Of a stretch of DNA of 64,000 bases, positions 23,804 to 35,700 are shown in pieces. Source of the DNA: Neoechinorhynchus agilis (taxonomy: Eukaryota > Animalia > Acanthocephala); assembly GCA_051530055.1 (NCBI GenBank), contig JBMGUZ010000004.1, positions 62,001 to 126,000 on the forward strand. The letters are read 5' to 3'. Every line of letters starts with the position of its first letter. Within the stretch, counting starts at the first letter, position 1. The translations under genes were made by a program, and so were the position numbers. The notes under the pieces are model-generated. The model ran no database searches and was not told where the DNA came from. It saw only the letters and a list, made by a program, of their open reading frames with translations.

Positions 23804-23986
23804 TTAATGAGATGTGAGATGTTCAACAACCGTTACTGGTGAAAGAATGACTTGCTTGTAATAGTAAGATTTCGACAGTGTTGAATGTTCAGCTTTCACG
23901 ACCAACTCATTATCTTTAAGAGACACCTGCACGTCATTTGGTGGTGATCGATATAAGCGTTTACAATATCGTCGTAAAAGTGCCAT
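23804..23986 (-). pseudogene. Small heat-shock protein (alpha-crystallin domain) fragment
   Basis: PPNDVQVSLKDNELVVKAEH...SYYYKQVILSP...EHLTSH resembles ACD beta strands (PEDIKVSLKDxELxVxAE); truncated at both ends. Confidence 0.5.
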
Positions 23987-24899
23987 TTTTTACTGGGATT
24001 TTCTTACAAACCAAGGGAGTACTTGAGGCTTTCCACTATAGCCATTAAAATCGGTTGACTCGATTTCCGAGAGTTTAGAAGAAAGTTGATTTTACAGTTG
24101 AAAGCGATTGAAGCTCCTGTATTTTTCATCTATGAAGACCTCTTACGCTGAATTTAACTTTTTGTGAAGTTGGGGATTTAGGATGTCGTGAAATAGTGAA
24201 ATCCATATTTGGTTCGTTAGGTATAACCTTATTGTTCCATAGATCAGATGATTTATTTTTTTACGCCGCTATTTTTGAATGAACGAGTCCGTTGGTAACG
24301 GTTTAATCATGATTGTTTAAGCTTGACCGGTGGCAATCTTTCATTGTGATAGGCAAGGAATTGAGTTTCTGTATGTGAGCCAAGGAGCGAGAGAGCAATC
24401 TCTGCTTCGAGGGTAGGTGAACCTTTATTAAATATTAGGTGGCCATTTGCAACCCTCCACTGCAACGTTTGGTTGCAATTCCTTTAGCAAGAGCCCCATG
24501 CCCGGCAATGCGAAGTGGATTCGCCTGGTATGAGAATAGTTATTTGGTATTAAATTTAGAGGTTGAGCCTTTTCTAAGCACGTCAACTTGATTAGGTTTT
24601 TGATTGTAGATTATATGATAACAAATAATATCGTCTATACTTATCTGAACCCATTTAAAATCAGGCTTACAGGTACATAAAGCGGATCGTCCACTTCTAG
24701 ATGGGATAAATCTGTAATCATGAATTTCATACCTTTGACCCCGTACTGAGGAGACTCAGGTTGCTGAAATCACCTTCTAGCCCATCATGGAAAACTTTTG
24801 GATCCATTGATTATGGATATTTTCTTGAGATTATTTTGATCTATATTTAAACTTTTCTATTTTTTCTTGTTGTACGGATCGAATTCCGAGAAATATTCT

Positions 24900-25330
24900 T
24901 ATTACTTAATATTTCGTGGACAAAATTCACATCTTCAGACATCTACAAGATTGGTTTGTCGCGGTCTTCTTTTTGCAAAAATCAACCCGTTAGAAAAGGG
25001 ACGAGATTGGCTGGTTTTATCAAAAAGAAACCGCGAAAATACCTACACGCGGAGTATACGAAATAGGATGTTTCGAATGCGATAAAAAGTATATTGGATA
25101 GACGAAGCAAGATCTGAGCAAACGCATCTAACAGCACAAATACGCGTGTAGGCGTTTTTGTAGATCTTCGGCAATATCTAACCACGAGCAGACGGCTAAA
25201 GACCGAGTTGACTTTGATGGTGCTGCTATGATGAGCATCGGTACAAGAAAAGCCGCGCCGGAAATGGAAAACAAAATATATGTTAAGGAAATGATAGCAA
25301 TGGAAAATCGAATGAAATCGAATTCTTCGG
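24900..25330 (+). mobile_element. Penelope-like element GIY-YIG endonuclease remnant
   Basis: GVYEIGCFECDKKYIG*TKQDLSKRI*QHK at about 25050-25145. Confidence 0.75.
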
Positions 25331-25604
25331 AATATCGAATTTCGCAGTTTTCTTAAAATAACCACTGAGCTGACCTGGCATAAAGGTTAACTGATTTATT
25401 GAGTGAATAATAATCAATTTTGGTTAATTAGGAGATAGCAAAGTTGAGAATTTTCTCTTCGAATGCGATAAAAAGTATATTGGATAGACGAAGCAAGATC
25501 AGAATAACACAACAACTCAACAGCCTTTTGCATCAACAGCTGCTATAACCACTACAACAACAATAATATACAATGTCGATCCAGATGGGGCCCTTAAGTG
25601 TTCT

Positions 25605-28600
25605 ATGTGCAAAATTGCGGCCATTGGAAAGACGAAATTTCGCTTATTTAACGAACATCTGGCAAAAGTTCACGGAATTACTGGTCTTGTATGGCGGTGC
25701 CCGATATGTACAAAGTATGAACACTGTGAACATCGTAGCATGTCCGTTCATCTGAGAAAGTGCCAATCGAATTATCCTGACAAGTACCGATTTCTACTCG
25801 ATGATATATGCAAATCAAGTGTTCACATTAATGTTTTTGCTAGTCAATCGTCCGTGTTGTACATACCCGGCGATGACAAACCAATTGAATGTTTGCTTTG
25901 CGACTACTCTGTGATTGGAACTGGGAAGTTCAATTCGATGGAGCATCACTTAACCTCGACTCACAGAGTGACGGACTGCCGATTTCGATGCGGATTGTGT
26001 CTCGCAAATTTTGGAACTCTACCTCAAGTACGTAGTCATTACAATCATTGCCGAACGAATATTGGGAATAGCAGCTCTAATGGTCCTATGGAGTCAAAAG
26101 AAAAGCTCGATGGCACTAGTACTGATATTCATCACTCAATGATTGACAAAGCGGATTACAGTAGCAAGTCAAATTGTGCATCCGATTTTCCCAGCGAGCC
26201 AAAAGCAAATTATAACGAAGCGAGCGATATCGATATCGAATCTGTTTATTCTAGTCAAACACAAGATGAGAATTTATGTCTCAATAATCCGAATCGTGAA
26301 AGTCGGAACAGCGTTCTGCAAAATGAATACAGAACCGATGCAAGTGCTACAGCTACATTCGTTAATGGGCATATTGAATTACCTACCTCGTCGTTCCGGC
26401 CTACAAACGATCACACCGAACGAAATGAATTGCCTACCTCATCGTTCCGGTCTACGTACGACCATGTTGAACAGATGGTATTGTGTACCCCTTCGCAACG
26501 TCGTGCGGACGACCATGTTGTAAATATCGAATTGTCTACCTCATCACACCAGCCTGCGTATGATTACGTTGAGCAAACGGATAGGTCTACCTCATATAAC
26601 CGGCCTATATATGATCATGCTGATCGAGTGCAATTACCTACCTCGCCTAATCACCTAAAGTTTTTGATAGAATCTGGAGATCGTGATCCGAATGTCGCTC
26701 AAAATACCTCCGCCCCACACTCGACGATCTTCACAGTTGCTGAAGCTTATGAGTTCATTTTGACGTGTCTAAAGTCTTCGAATTTGCATCCTCGATATAT
26801 ATTTTTCCTCAAATCCATCGCCTCTCTACTTCGTGAGCGTCGACTTGAATTTGATCAGGCTTTTCTGGACAAAGTCTACGGTGTTTATTCGGACTACCTT
26901 CGATGCGGGGTCAAAAATAATCGCCCGTCTTTCACATCAGCAGCGAAAGCGATCGGGCTAAAGATTATCAAGATAAGAAAGTCAAGCCGAATGAGCCTGA
27001 ATGCAGTTGCATTTCACGTCCACTGTAACCCCGCACAAGGACACATCGTACAAAGGAAAATTCTGGAAAACCTTCTCGAGGAGAAAAGCTACTATGAATC
27101 AATTATGAAATATGTAACTGACACGTCCCTTTCATTGAATGAATTGATAGATAATATGCAAAAAGGTAGCATTATATCGGACTTACTTGTGCTGTGGGCT
27201 GCTGCTAACACATATAAGTGTGACTTCGATGTCCATGGATCCGATGGTCAGCACATACGGATTCGTGCTCGTCATACAGCTACGAACTGCTATTCAATGT
27301 GGCTCGAAGATTCGAATCTACTCCCTTGTGTTCGTAGCCGCGCCTTAAACCGAACACAACACCGTGCAATCAATCGAAGGCGTAATCGAGCGCTATACTT
27401 TGCGAACACTAAACAGCTCGCAAGTGAAGTATTTCGAGACGCCTCAATGAAAGATTGTAAATTGTCGGCAGGCGACATTGATTGTCACTTTCGAAAACTA
27501 TTTGAAGAACCGGAGTCAGCCGATATGAATTTTGAGACAGGTGATCCGACGGGAAGCTCATGGTCGCTCGTAACGGCTGACGAAATCTGGTCGGCCATGA
27601 ATGGAATTAATGCTTCAAGTGCGATAGGCGTGGATCGTATAAATGTTCGCCAGGTAAAAGCCTTCGATAAGTTAATGGTTGGACCGGTTCTAATTTTTAA
27701 CATCTCCCTCCAAATCGGATCTCCGCCTTCCGCGTGGGCAGAAAATAAAACGATACTGATCCCAAAGAATGGTGCTGATGCTCGTAAGCTAAAATCGATT
27801 GACGGTTGGAGGCCGATCACAATCTCGTCTGTGCTGATGCGAATCTTCCACCGGACAATCCTGTCGCGAATGAGAGCGTCTGTCGAGCTCGATGAAAGTC
27901 AAACCGCCTTCAAACAAGAAGCTTGTCACACTAATCTCCTTACGTTGAAGACCATTATTAAGGCATCTCGGTCCAAAAAGGAAAAACTTTCCATTGCAAT
28001 ATTGGACATTAAGAACGCGTTTGACACAATCTCGCATGAAACACTTCGACTTGCTCTTGAAAGGAAGAATGTCGACAAGGTAATCAGCCGATACATAATG
28101 AAAATGTTCATGTCCAGCTTCACGAGAATCCACACACCTATGAGTCAGCCATCACAACCAATTCGTTTCGACCGGGGCGTGAAACAAGGAGATCCATTGT
28201 CGCCACTCCTATTTTCTATCTGCCTTGACGATGTACTAAAGGGCCTCAGAGAAACAGGGCTTGGTTATCGACTCGGAACGTCTTACATCCCTCAAATTGT
28301 TTATGCCGACGACATCGTCCTGCTAGCTCGTACAGAGGAAGAGTTAAAGGAAATGATGCAAATTTTCTTCGACAAAATAAAATCAAAAGGGATGAACTTG
28401 TCGCCTAGCAAGTGTCGGTCCTACTCGCAGGCATACAAGAAAGGGAAGTTGTTTATAGGAACTGCACCATTCCTGAACATCGAAGAGAGCCCGGTGGTTC
28501 CTGTTCTCGAAGGCGATCCAGTCAAGTATTTGGGGGGCACACCATGGTCAAATACCAGAAGGCAAGACGTCATACACCGGATTGACGAACTGTTCGGCCG

Positions 28601-29528
28601 TACAAAAGTTGCCCAGTTGAGCCCAACGCAAGCCGCACATCTTTTGAATGATTACGGGATTCCAAAGCTGATAGCGGAGCTGCAGAGCGCAGTAGATCTT
28701 TCCATCACGGATCTGGAACACATTGAACAGCACTACAGGACATGCCTTAAAAGACTTCTATTTCTCCCGAATTATCTCAATAACGGCATTGTTTACCTAC
28801 CCCTGGGTCGCGGCGGACTTGGATTCCGATCAATTAAATTTGAGGTAATGTCGTGTCGGGTGAGAGCCCTTATACAGTTAGAAAGTCGGTATCCTGAGCT
28901 AGCCGTCAATGCAACAATCAAACAAACAACTGCAGACTATCTTACGTCAATAAGCGCAGGCGATGATTCTAATATAAGGAAGTGTTTCAATGCCCACCTA
29001 GAGTCGCAATGGAGGCAGGCTACCACGCAGTCGAACGGGATTAGAAGTTTCACACGTGGTCTGCTAGATCGTCGTCTAGTGTCCTTCCGCTATCGTCAGG
29101 GACCTCACACGCAATACAAAGAACAGGTCAAAATGCGATGTCAACTATTAGAAGTGAGATCTGTAATGACCAGGGTAGACAACCGCTCAAACGATATGTG
29201 TCGACACTGCAACACTAGGAAGGAAACACCTGCCCACGTTTTAAATGGATGCGACAGAATGGGGAGAGCGATGACGACCAGGCACGATGCGGTGCAGCGT
29301 CGGTTCGTATGGGCGCTTAAGAAAAGGAGACCTGGTGCGGTAATCCTGGAAAAAAATAACATTTACGACCCAGGTGGACGACTACACAAGCCCGATCTAA
29401 TCGTAGTGGATACAAGCGAAAAGAAGGCAACAATAATTGATTTCGCTGTCTACTACGAGACAGATAACGATAATAGGGCAGGTGAAGTAATGCTCGGGAA
29501 AGAAAAGAAGACCTGTACTGGTTTATAG
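25605..29528 (+). CDS. R2-like non-LTR retrotransposon ORF (element A): 4 Zn fingers, OTU-like domain, RT, CCHC, restriction-like endonuclease; 3' end truncated
   Basis: Uninterrupted 1307 aa; WRPITIS, GVKQGDPLSPLLF, YADD, CRHC...HVLNGC, RHDAV, KPDL, IIDFAVYYE; frame stays open upstream to 25488. Confidence 0.92.
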   Translation: MCKIAAIGKTKFRLFNEHLAKVHGITGLVWRCPICTKYEHCEHRSMSVHLRKCQSNYPDKYRFLLDDICKSSVHINVFASQSSVLYIPGDDKPIECLLCDYSVIGTGKFNSMEHHLTSTHRVTDCRFRCGLCLANFGTLPQVRSHYNHCRTNIGNSSSNGPMESKEKLDGTSTDIHHSMIDKADYSSKSNCASDFPSEPKANYNEASDIDIESVYSSQTQDENLCLNNPNRESRNSVLQNEYRTDASATATFVNGHIELPTSSFRPTNDHTERNELPTSSFRSTYDHVEQMVLCTPSQRRADDHVVNIELSTSSHQPAYDYVEQTDRSTSYNRPIYDHADRVQLPTSPNHLKFLIESGDRDPNVAQNTSAPHSTIFTVAEAYEFILTCLKSSNLHPRYIFFLKSIASLLRERRLEFDQAFLDKVYGVYSDYLRCGVKNNRPSFTSAAKAIGLKIIKIRKSSRMSLNAVAFHVHCNPAQGHIVQRKILENLLEEKSYYESIMKYVTDTSLSLNELIDNMQKGSIISDLLVLWAAANTYKCDFDVHGSDGQHIRIRARHTATNCYSMWLEDSNLLPCVRSRALNRTQHRAINRRRNRALYFANTKQLASEVFRDASMKDCKLSAGDIDCHFRKLFEEPESADMNFETGDPTGSSWSLVTADEIWSAMNGINASSAIGVDRINVRQVKAFDKLMVGPVLIFNISLQIGSPPSAWAENKTILIPKNGADARKLKSIDGWRPITISSVLMRIFHRTILSRMRASVELDESQTAFKQEACHTNLLTLKTIIKASRSKKEKLSIAILDIKNAFDTISHETLRLALERKNVDKVISRYIMKMFMSSFTRIHTPMSQPSQPIRFDRGVKQGDPLSPLLFSICLDDVLKGLRETGLGYRLGTSYIPQIVYADDIVLLARTEEELKEMMQIFFDKIKSKGMNLSPSKCRSYSQAYKKGKLFIGTAPFLNIEESPVVPVLEGDPVKYLGGTPWSNTRRQDVIHRIDELFGRTKVAQLSPTQAAHLLNDYGIPKLIAELQSAVDLSITDLEHIEQHYRTCLKRLLFLPNYLNNGIVYLPLGRGGLGFRSIKFEVMSCRVRALIQLESRYPELAVNATIKQTTADYLTSISAGDDSNIRKCFNAHLESQWRQATTQSNGIRSFTRGLLDRRLVSFRYRQGPHTQYKEQVKMRCQLLEVRSVMTRVDNRSNDMCRHCNTRKETPAHVLNGCDRMGRAMTTRHDAVQRRFVWALKKRRPGAVILEKNNIYDPGGRLHKPDLIVVDTSEKKATIIDFAVYYETDNDNRAGEVMLGKEKKTCTGL

Positions 29529-29619
29529 GGATAGATGTTAACAGCCCTATAAATAAAGTTATTAATAAGAGGGGAACTTACTTAAGACTAACCTGAGAAA
29601 ATTGAAGGGATAAAAGGTT

Positions 29620-29712
29620 TCAAGGTCAACGTTCTCTCTCTCGTCAACGTTCCCTCTCTCGACAACGTTCTCTCTCGTCAATCGTCAAAGATCAACGTTC
29701 TCTCTCTCGTCC
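29620..29712. repeat. Short caacgttctctctctcgtc repeat cluster (related inverted copy near 22420-22465)
   Basis: Four imperfect copies seen directly. Confidence 0.6.
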
Positions 29713-30090
29713 GTCATAAACACTTGCAATCAATGCCGTAGCTAAAGCGCCCGATACGGAAATGTCATGAGCTGCCTGAAGTTTTGCTATAATTTGGGGC
29801 AGTCCGTAGTCGTTAATTAGATGCACTGCTTGTGTTGGTCTTAGGCCTGCTTCCTTAGTTTTTAAGAATAAATGAGTAATATCATTCTTGATGGAGTCAA
29901 TTGTTGTAGGCATCCAAGGAGTGCCTCCGAGATACTGCACTGGATCGCCGTTTAATATTGTGTTTAGCTTCATTCCATCGATTTCGAATTGAGGGTCGTG
30001 TGCAATTATTTTGTTGCCGTTAAAGTACGATTGGGAGTAAGTCCTACATTTGTGTGGCGAAAAATGTAAATCCTTTTCCTTTAAAAGAGA
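29712..30090 (-). mobile_element. R2-like RT-thumb fragment (element D)
   Basis: FSPHKCRTYSQ...GDPVQYLGGTPW...LRPTQAVHLINDYGLP, homologous to elements A, B and C. Confidence 0.8.
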
Positions 30091-30092
30091 TG

Positions 30093-30126
30093 AGCCCAAC
30101 AGGGTCTTCTTTCCCCGCTGTTACTC

Positions 30127-30160
<34 letters not shown>

Positions 30161-30218
30161 GCTGCAGACAGGGACAGTAGGAATCTCAATAATCCATTAT
30201 GCACGTCACTATCGGCTA
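30093..30218 (-). rRNA. 28S: 28S fragment starting at the R2 site (TAGCC), with small deletion
   Basis: Reverse complement reads tagccgatagtgacgtgcataatggattattgagattcctactgtccc...gcgaaaccacagccaagggaacgggcttgg...gaagaccctgttg. Confidence 0.9.
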
Positions 30219-32700
30219 GGGACTCATTTATTATGTAAATATGTGTATACAAGGTTTACTATTAAATAGGTGTTTGTCAGATGGATTGATTGAATTAGAT
30301 TTCTTTGATTGCAGAAATGTTCTGATTGAATAAACTTGAATATTATTGGTTGTGTTGAATAGTTTGGCCGTTAATATGTGATTGGTATCTGCTTCTTGGC
30401 TTAGCTACATTATTCTCTCGAGTTGCAACGATCCCAGGGCAGCCACTTTCTACCCATGAACGAGCGATACACCGTGAGGCTTTTTGAGGCTGATGTTTGG
30501 GCCACATTCTTCGCTGTGTTTTTCCCAAGACAAAACGAGCCTAGCCTGTCAATTAGCCTTCGGCTGTAGGTTCCGCGTGCACCGACCGCGATTCCGACAG
30601 TTGCTACTCTGTGATTCCGGATTTGAAATTGTGCAGCAACCTCCGGGATTATTGTCTGGTACTTTTCTTCTTTGGCCTTCATTACCTGCTCTGCGCGATC
30701 GCTTGAGGTTTCGTAGTAAGTCGCAAAGTCGATAATTTTTGCCTCTGCTTTTCTTTCATCGTAGATCACCAGGTCCGGCTTCATTAGTTTGTTGTCGTTA
30801 CTGTGATATCGGTTTGTATCGAAAATTTTAATGCGCTCGCCGTGCTTCTTTCTTAGGGCCCATACGAAACGCCTTTGAATCGCGTCGTGTCTTTTAATCA
30901 TTGGCCCGTTATTCTGTCGCACTCGCAGATAGCGTGCAAGAGCGTTTCCCGAGGACAGCTGCAATGTCGGCAGGCCGTGGTTCTTTTATTGTCCATTCGG
31001 TTTAGTACGGTTGCCACCTCGAGTAATTGAAAGCGAAGTTTGACGTTCTCGACGTACGACTGATGGCGGTCTTGCCGATATCGAAAACTTATTAGTTCCT
31101 GATCGAAATTTCCGTCGTGAAAACATGTACTCCCCGTTGATTGGGTAATTGCCGCGCTCCATTGATTGAGCCATTTGGAAATGAAGGCGTCTTTAAACGG
31201 GGGGAAGTTCTCTCCTTCTAGATTCATGATCTTATATGATTCCGCGAGCTTCTTATAGTCGTTAGATTCGCTTACCAGCCTTTTCAACGCGTTGGAACGA
31301 TTCGCCATCTCTCGCAGGGCTATTCGTCTCGAATCGATAACCGAGAGCAAGATGGATTTAAACCCGAGTCCGCCTCTAGAGAGTGGTAGGAAGATTACTC
31401 CGTCGTTCAAGTAGTGAGGTAGGAAAAGCAGCCTCTTCAAACGGGCTCTCCAGTACTGCTCCAAATATGTTAAACTCGTCAGTGAAATATCTTGCGCTGC
31501 TTGAAGTCTGAAAAGCACGCTTGGGAGGCCGTAGTCGTTTATTAAGTGTGCCGACTGGGTAGGGCTGAGGCCGATTTGTCTTGTAGCTCTAAAGAGATCG
31601 TCGATGGCTTTATTCATAGATGGAAGGTCGGTATCCTTAAATGGCGTTCCGCCCAAGTACTTGATTGGATCGCCGTCGAGTATGGTATTAATCGTATCCG
31701 TTCCAACCTTGACGCTAGGACGATACTCAATCACCATTTTCCATTCCTGAAGTTTTGGATGTAGGATGCGCACTTCTGCGCACTCAACGACAGTCCCATT
31801 GAGCCCAAGAGGTCGACTGTAAGGCCTATCGTATGGTTCAGTTGCTCCGCATTGTCTGCCATGATTAGCATGTCGTCGGCGTATATTAGATGCGATATCC
31901 TGCCTGTGCCAAGGTCTATGCCTATGTTGTCCTGTCCGAGCTTGCCAACTAGCGTGTCGACGCAGGCGGCGAATAAGAACGGTGACAGTGGATCGCCTTG
32001 TTTTACCCCTCTAGAGATCCTAATCGGACCGATTGGTTTGCTAGCAGGATGGTGAATAGAGGTCTGTCCGGTGTTTAGCATATTTCTAACATATCGCTTG
32101 ATGTAATGCGGGCAACCAAGATTCGTCAGACCGTTGACAACCGCACCGTGGCACACCGTATCAAACGCGGACTTTATATCTAGAACTGCGAGAGCTAGTG
32201 GACGTTTGTTAGACCTTGTGTAGCGGATAATGTTTCTTAACGTCATTAAATTGGTTAAGCATGCAGCTGAGTCGAACGCTGTCTGACCCCGAGAAACTTG
32301 TCGAGTTTCCCAGCCTTGACAAAACGATCCTGTGAAGCACTCTCAGTAAGATCGAAGACATTGTGATCGGACGCCAACCTCCGATAGTTCCTATGGATTC
32401 GTCGTTCGCACTGTTCTTAGGTAGGAGGACTGTTTTGCACATGTTCCACGAGCGAGGGCAATCTCCGCATTGCAGTATCGCATTGAACAGGACGCACGCG
32501 AAAGTCAGCTTATTATCGAACCGACTTATTTCTCTGAGTGAGATTCGGTTGGGACCGGGCGAAGACGACGACTTCACTCCCCTCGTTGCAAGACGTACTT
32601 CCTCGATTGAAACTGGCGGAAAGGGGATTGCCGGTTCTAAAACCCGCGGGTACGACGAGTCGGGTTCGTGACCTCCGAAGAGTTGTTTGAAGTGGTCAGC
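30219..32700 (-). mobile_element. 5'-truncated R2-like element C (RT, RLE, 3' UTR), frameshifted
   Basis: ORFs 32209..32577, 31731..32246 (GVKQGDPLSP, YADD), 30898..31773 and 30410..30964 (RHDAI, KPDLV, IIDFATYYE); 3' UTR ends at the 28S TAGCC. Confidence 0.9.
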
Positions 32701-35700
32701 GACGAGCGAGGGTTTTGGCTACTACCTCTTTGATGCACTTATAGTATGCTTCTTTTTGTGCAGCGATTTCTTCGGCTCTGGTTTTTGTTGTTTCATAATA
32801 AACGGCGAAATCAATTATGTAAGCACGTTTCTCCGAGTTTTCGATTAGTATCAAATCGGGCTTATAAAGCCGTCCTCCGGGGTCGTGCACTCGGTTATCT
32901 GTGTGACATTCATAGCGTGAGCCCCACCGTTTTTTAACGCCCATATAAAGCGTTTCTGCACCGCGTCGTGGCGCTCAATCATAGCCTGTGTGATTCTAAT
33001 GCATTCGTTGAATGCATGTAGTTGGCTCTCGATTTGTGCTGTGCAATGTCTGCATTTTTTGTCCTGTTTCTGTCCATTCGCTGCAGGTTTGCGCCCACCT
33101 CAAGCATATTGTATCTTGTCTTTACCAGTTCGACGTATTGGTGATGATTGTCCTGCCGGTAGCGGAATGATAATGTCTAGTGGTCGAAATGGCCGTTGGT
33201 AAAGGCATCGATTCCTTGCGACTGTGTTGAAGTCTGTCGCCACTTATTCTCCTGATTTCGTATGAAATATTGGTGCATTGTTTTTGATGATTTATTGTAA
33301 GATGCACCGCCAATAGTTAAGAGATAGTTGTCGATCTGTGTTTTTTGCTTCGTTTCCTTAATGAGTTCCGGGTAGCGACGCTCCACTGCATTAAGACAAT
33401 TCAAACGGGCTGTCAGTATTGAGTACTTGATGGAAGTGAAACCAAGCCCTCCTCTGCTCAATGGTAAAAACATGATCCCGTCATTTGTTGAATGCGGCAG
33501 GAACAGCAGTTTTTTTAGTCGAGTCCTCCAGACATGCTCTAATTGCTCAAGGGCCGTGATGGAAAGATCGTGGGCAGCTTGAAGCGACGAGATTAAGGCA
33601 AATATTCCGTAATCATTTAAGAGATGAGCCGATTGTGTTGGGCTAAACCCTGTTTTTTTTCGTACAATTGAAAAGCCAATTAACTTCTTCGATCGCAGAT
33701 GATACTTCGGTATTTTTCCAAGGCCTGTTGCCCAAGTACTTAACGTTGTCTCCGTCTAGGATTGTGTCAAGTTCAACGTTGCCTATTTTAACAGCAGGTA
33801 CCACGTCGATCACCAACTTGTTATTCACAAAACGGTGCGAGTAAGAACGGCATTTGCTTGGTGAGGGTTGCAGTCCCTTTTTGGCGAGGCCTTCATGAAT
33901 TATATCTAGCATTGTTTGCAGCTCTGAGGGATTATCCGCCATCAGTAGAATGTCGTCAGCATATACTAGCTGGTTTATCCGCCCAAATTTGGTTGAGCAT
34001 CCGGTCCCTAACTTATCTACTTGGCGTAGTACATCATCGATACAAAGTGCAAACACTAGAGGTGAAAGCGGATCCCCTTGTTTGACTCCCTGACGGAATG
34101 CGATGGGGTCGGAAGGTTTTGCGCTTGAGAGGTGAACCCTTGTATAAGACGATACGAATATTTCCATTAGGTAGCGTCGTAGATGGTCAGGACATCCATG
34201 CTGGAATAAAGCTTCGTTTATTGTGCGGTGGCTCACTGTATCGAAAGCGGCGGTAATGTCCAATATAGCAAGTGCCATTGTTTTCTTTTCAAGTCGTTTA
34301 GCTTTTACACATTCCTTCAATATGAAAGAGTTCGCGAGACATGCCGAACTGTCGGAAGCTGATTGGCTGGTATGTAGTTCGATTGACTTCTTAAGCCGCT
34401 CAGCAATGAGTCGGTGAAAAATTCTTAAAATAACCGACGAGATTGTTATGGGCCTCCAATTCGCTATCGATTTTAACTCTTCGTCAGTCTTCCCATCTCT
34501 AGCCACGCGCGAGGAGGTTTTCTTGCTTGTAGAATAAAATTGAAAAGCGTGGTTAAGCCGGCCAGGTGTTTATCAAATGCTCTTATGCTCCTTACTGAAA
34601 CTTTGTCGACACCTAGTTCGCTGTTGGATTTGATACCTTTCATTGCCGCCTCTATCTCTTCGGCCGTGACGGCGTGCCAGAGCTCTGGTATGCCTGGTTG
34701 GTGTTCCAATCGTGGCGCCGGAATGTACTCATGTGTTCCTTCAAAGACAGAGCGTAGATGCTGCACTATCGAGTCGGAGTTGTGTGTCGGTTGGCGTCTT
34801 TCGTCGGATTTGAAGATCTGATTTGCCAGACGGCTGGTGTTATTGAAGTACAGGGTTCGATAGCGTCTTCGCATAAGTTCCAGTGACTGCCTTCTGTTTA
34901 ATCCGCGTGAGCGCTCGCATGGGTAGCATCCTGACTCGTCAATCCAAACATTATAAGACGTTTTTGTCACTACTCGGGACCGAATACGTCTGGGATTTTC
35001 CGAGTGTTCGGTGTTTACTACGAAGTCACAACGGTAGGCTGAGGCTGCACTCCACAGAATGAATTCCTTCGAGATTTCCTGGTCCCTTTGAAGCCCAGTA
35101 ACCATCTCCTCCAAGTTAACGTTCGCGTCTCGTATATTTCCTGCGATTCTCTGAAAATGCTCGGGGTCCCCGTTTATTTTATCCAATTCCTCCACTGAGC
35201 TGGATTCTTGCTCACATGAAATGCAATTGTTGCCATCGTTTGGATTGAAGATCGCCTTATTTTAATAATTTTTAGACCCAGTGACTTCGCTTTAGACATA
35301 ATAGAATTTCCGCCAGACTGGTGCCTTCCAGGGTTAAGATATCGGGTATAACGCTCACATACTGCGTTCACAAAATCTTGTCCAACATGGGTATCGCAAT
35401 TACGCATCTCCTCACTTTCACTCTCTAAGAATCGCCTGTACCGACGGTGGAGCTATGGCCTCTTCAGGCAGTCATTTTAGAATTCCAGCGCTTCAGCTGT
35501 TGTAAAAGAGCCTGCGGACAGATCGCTCATATTCTGAGAAAAAACGCAAGAGTCTAAGGATTTACTTCTTGTTGTATCGTAAAATCCGGTCCCATTACTG
35601 CAATTATATGGGTTCGCAACTTGAATGCTGACCTCGCTGGGTTGGTTCCGAGTGTTATAGGAATCTGGGAACATAGTTTGGCATAGCCGACTGTCTTCAT

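Noticed and set aside
32713-32721. TAGCCAAAA target mimic at the B/C junction
   Set aside because: It is ordinary coding sequence of B (EVVAK) and lies at C's 5' side, not at its 3' junction where the target would be expected.
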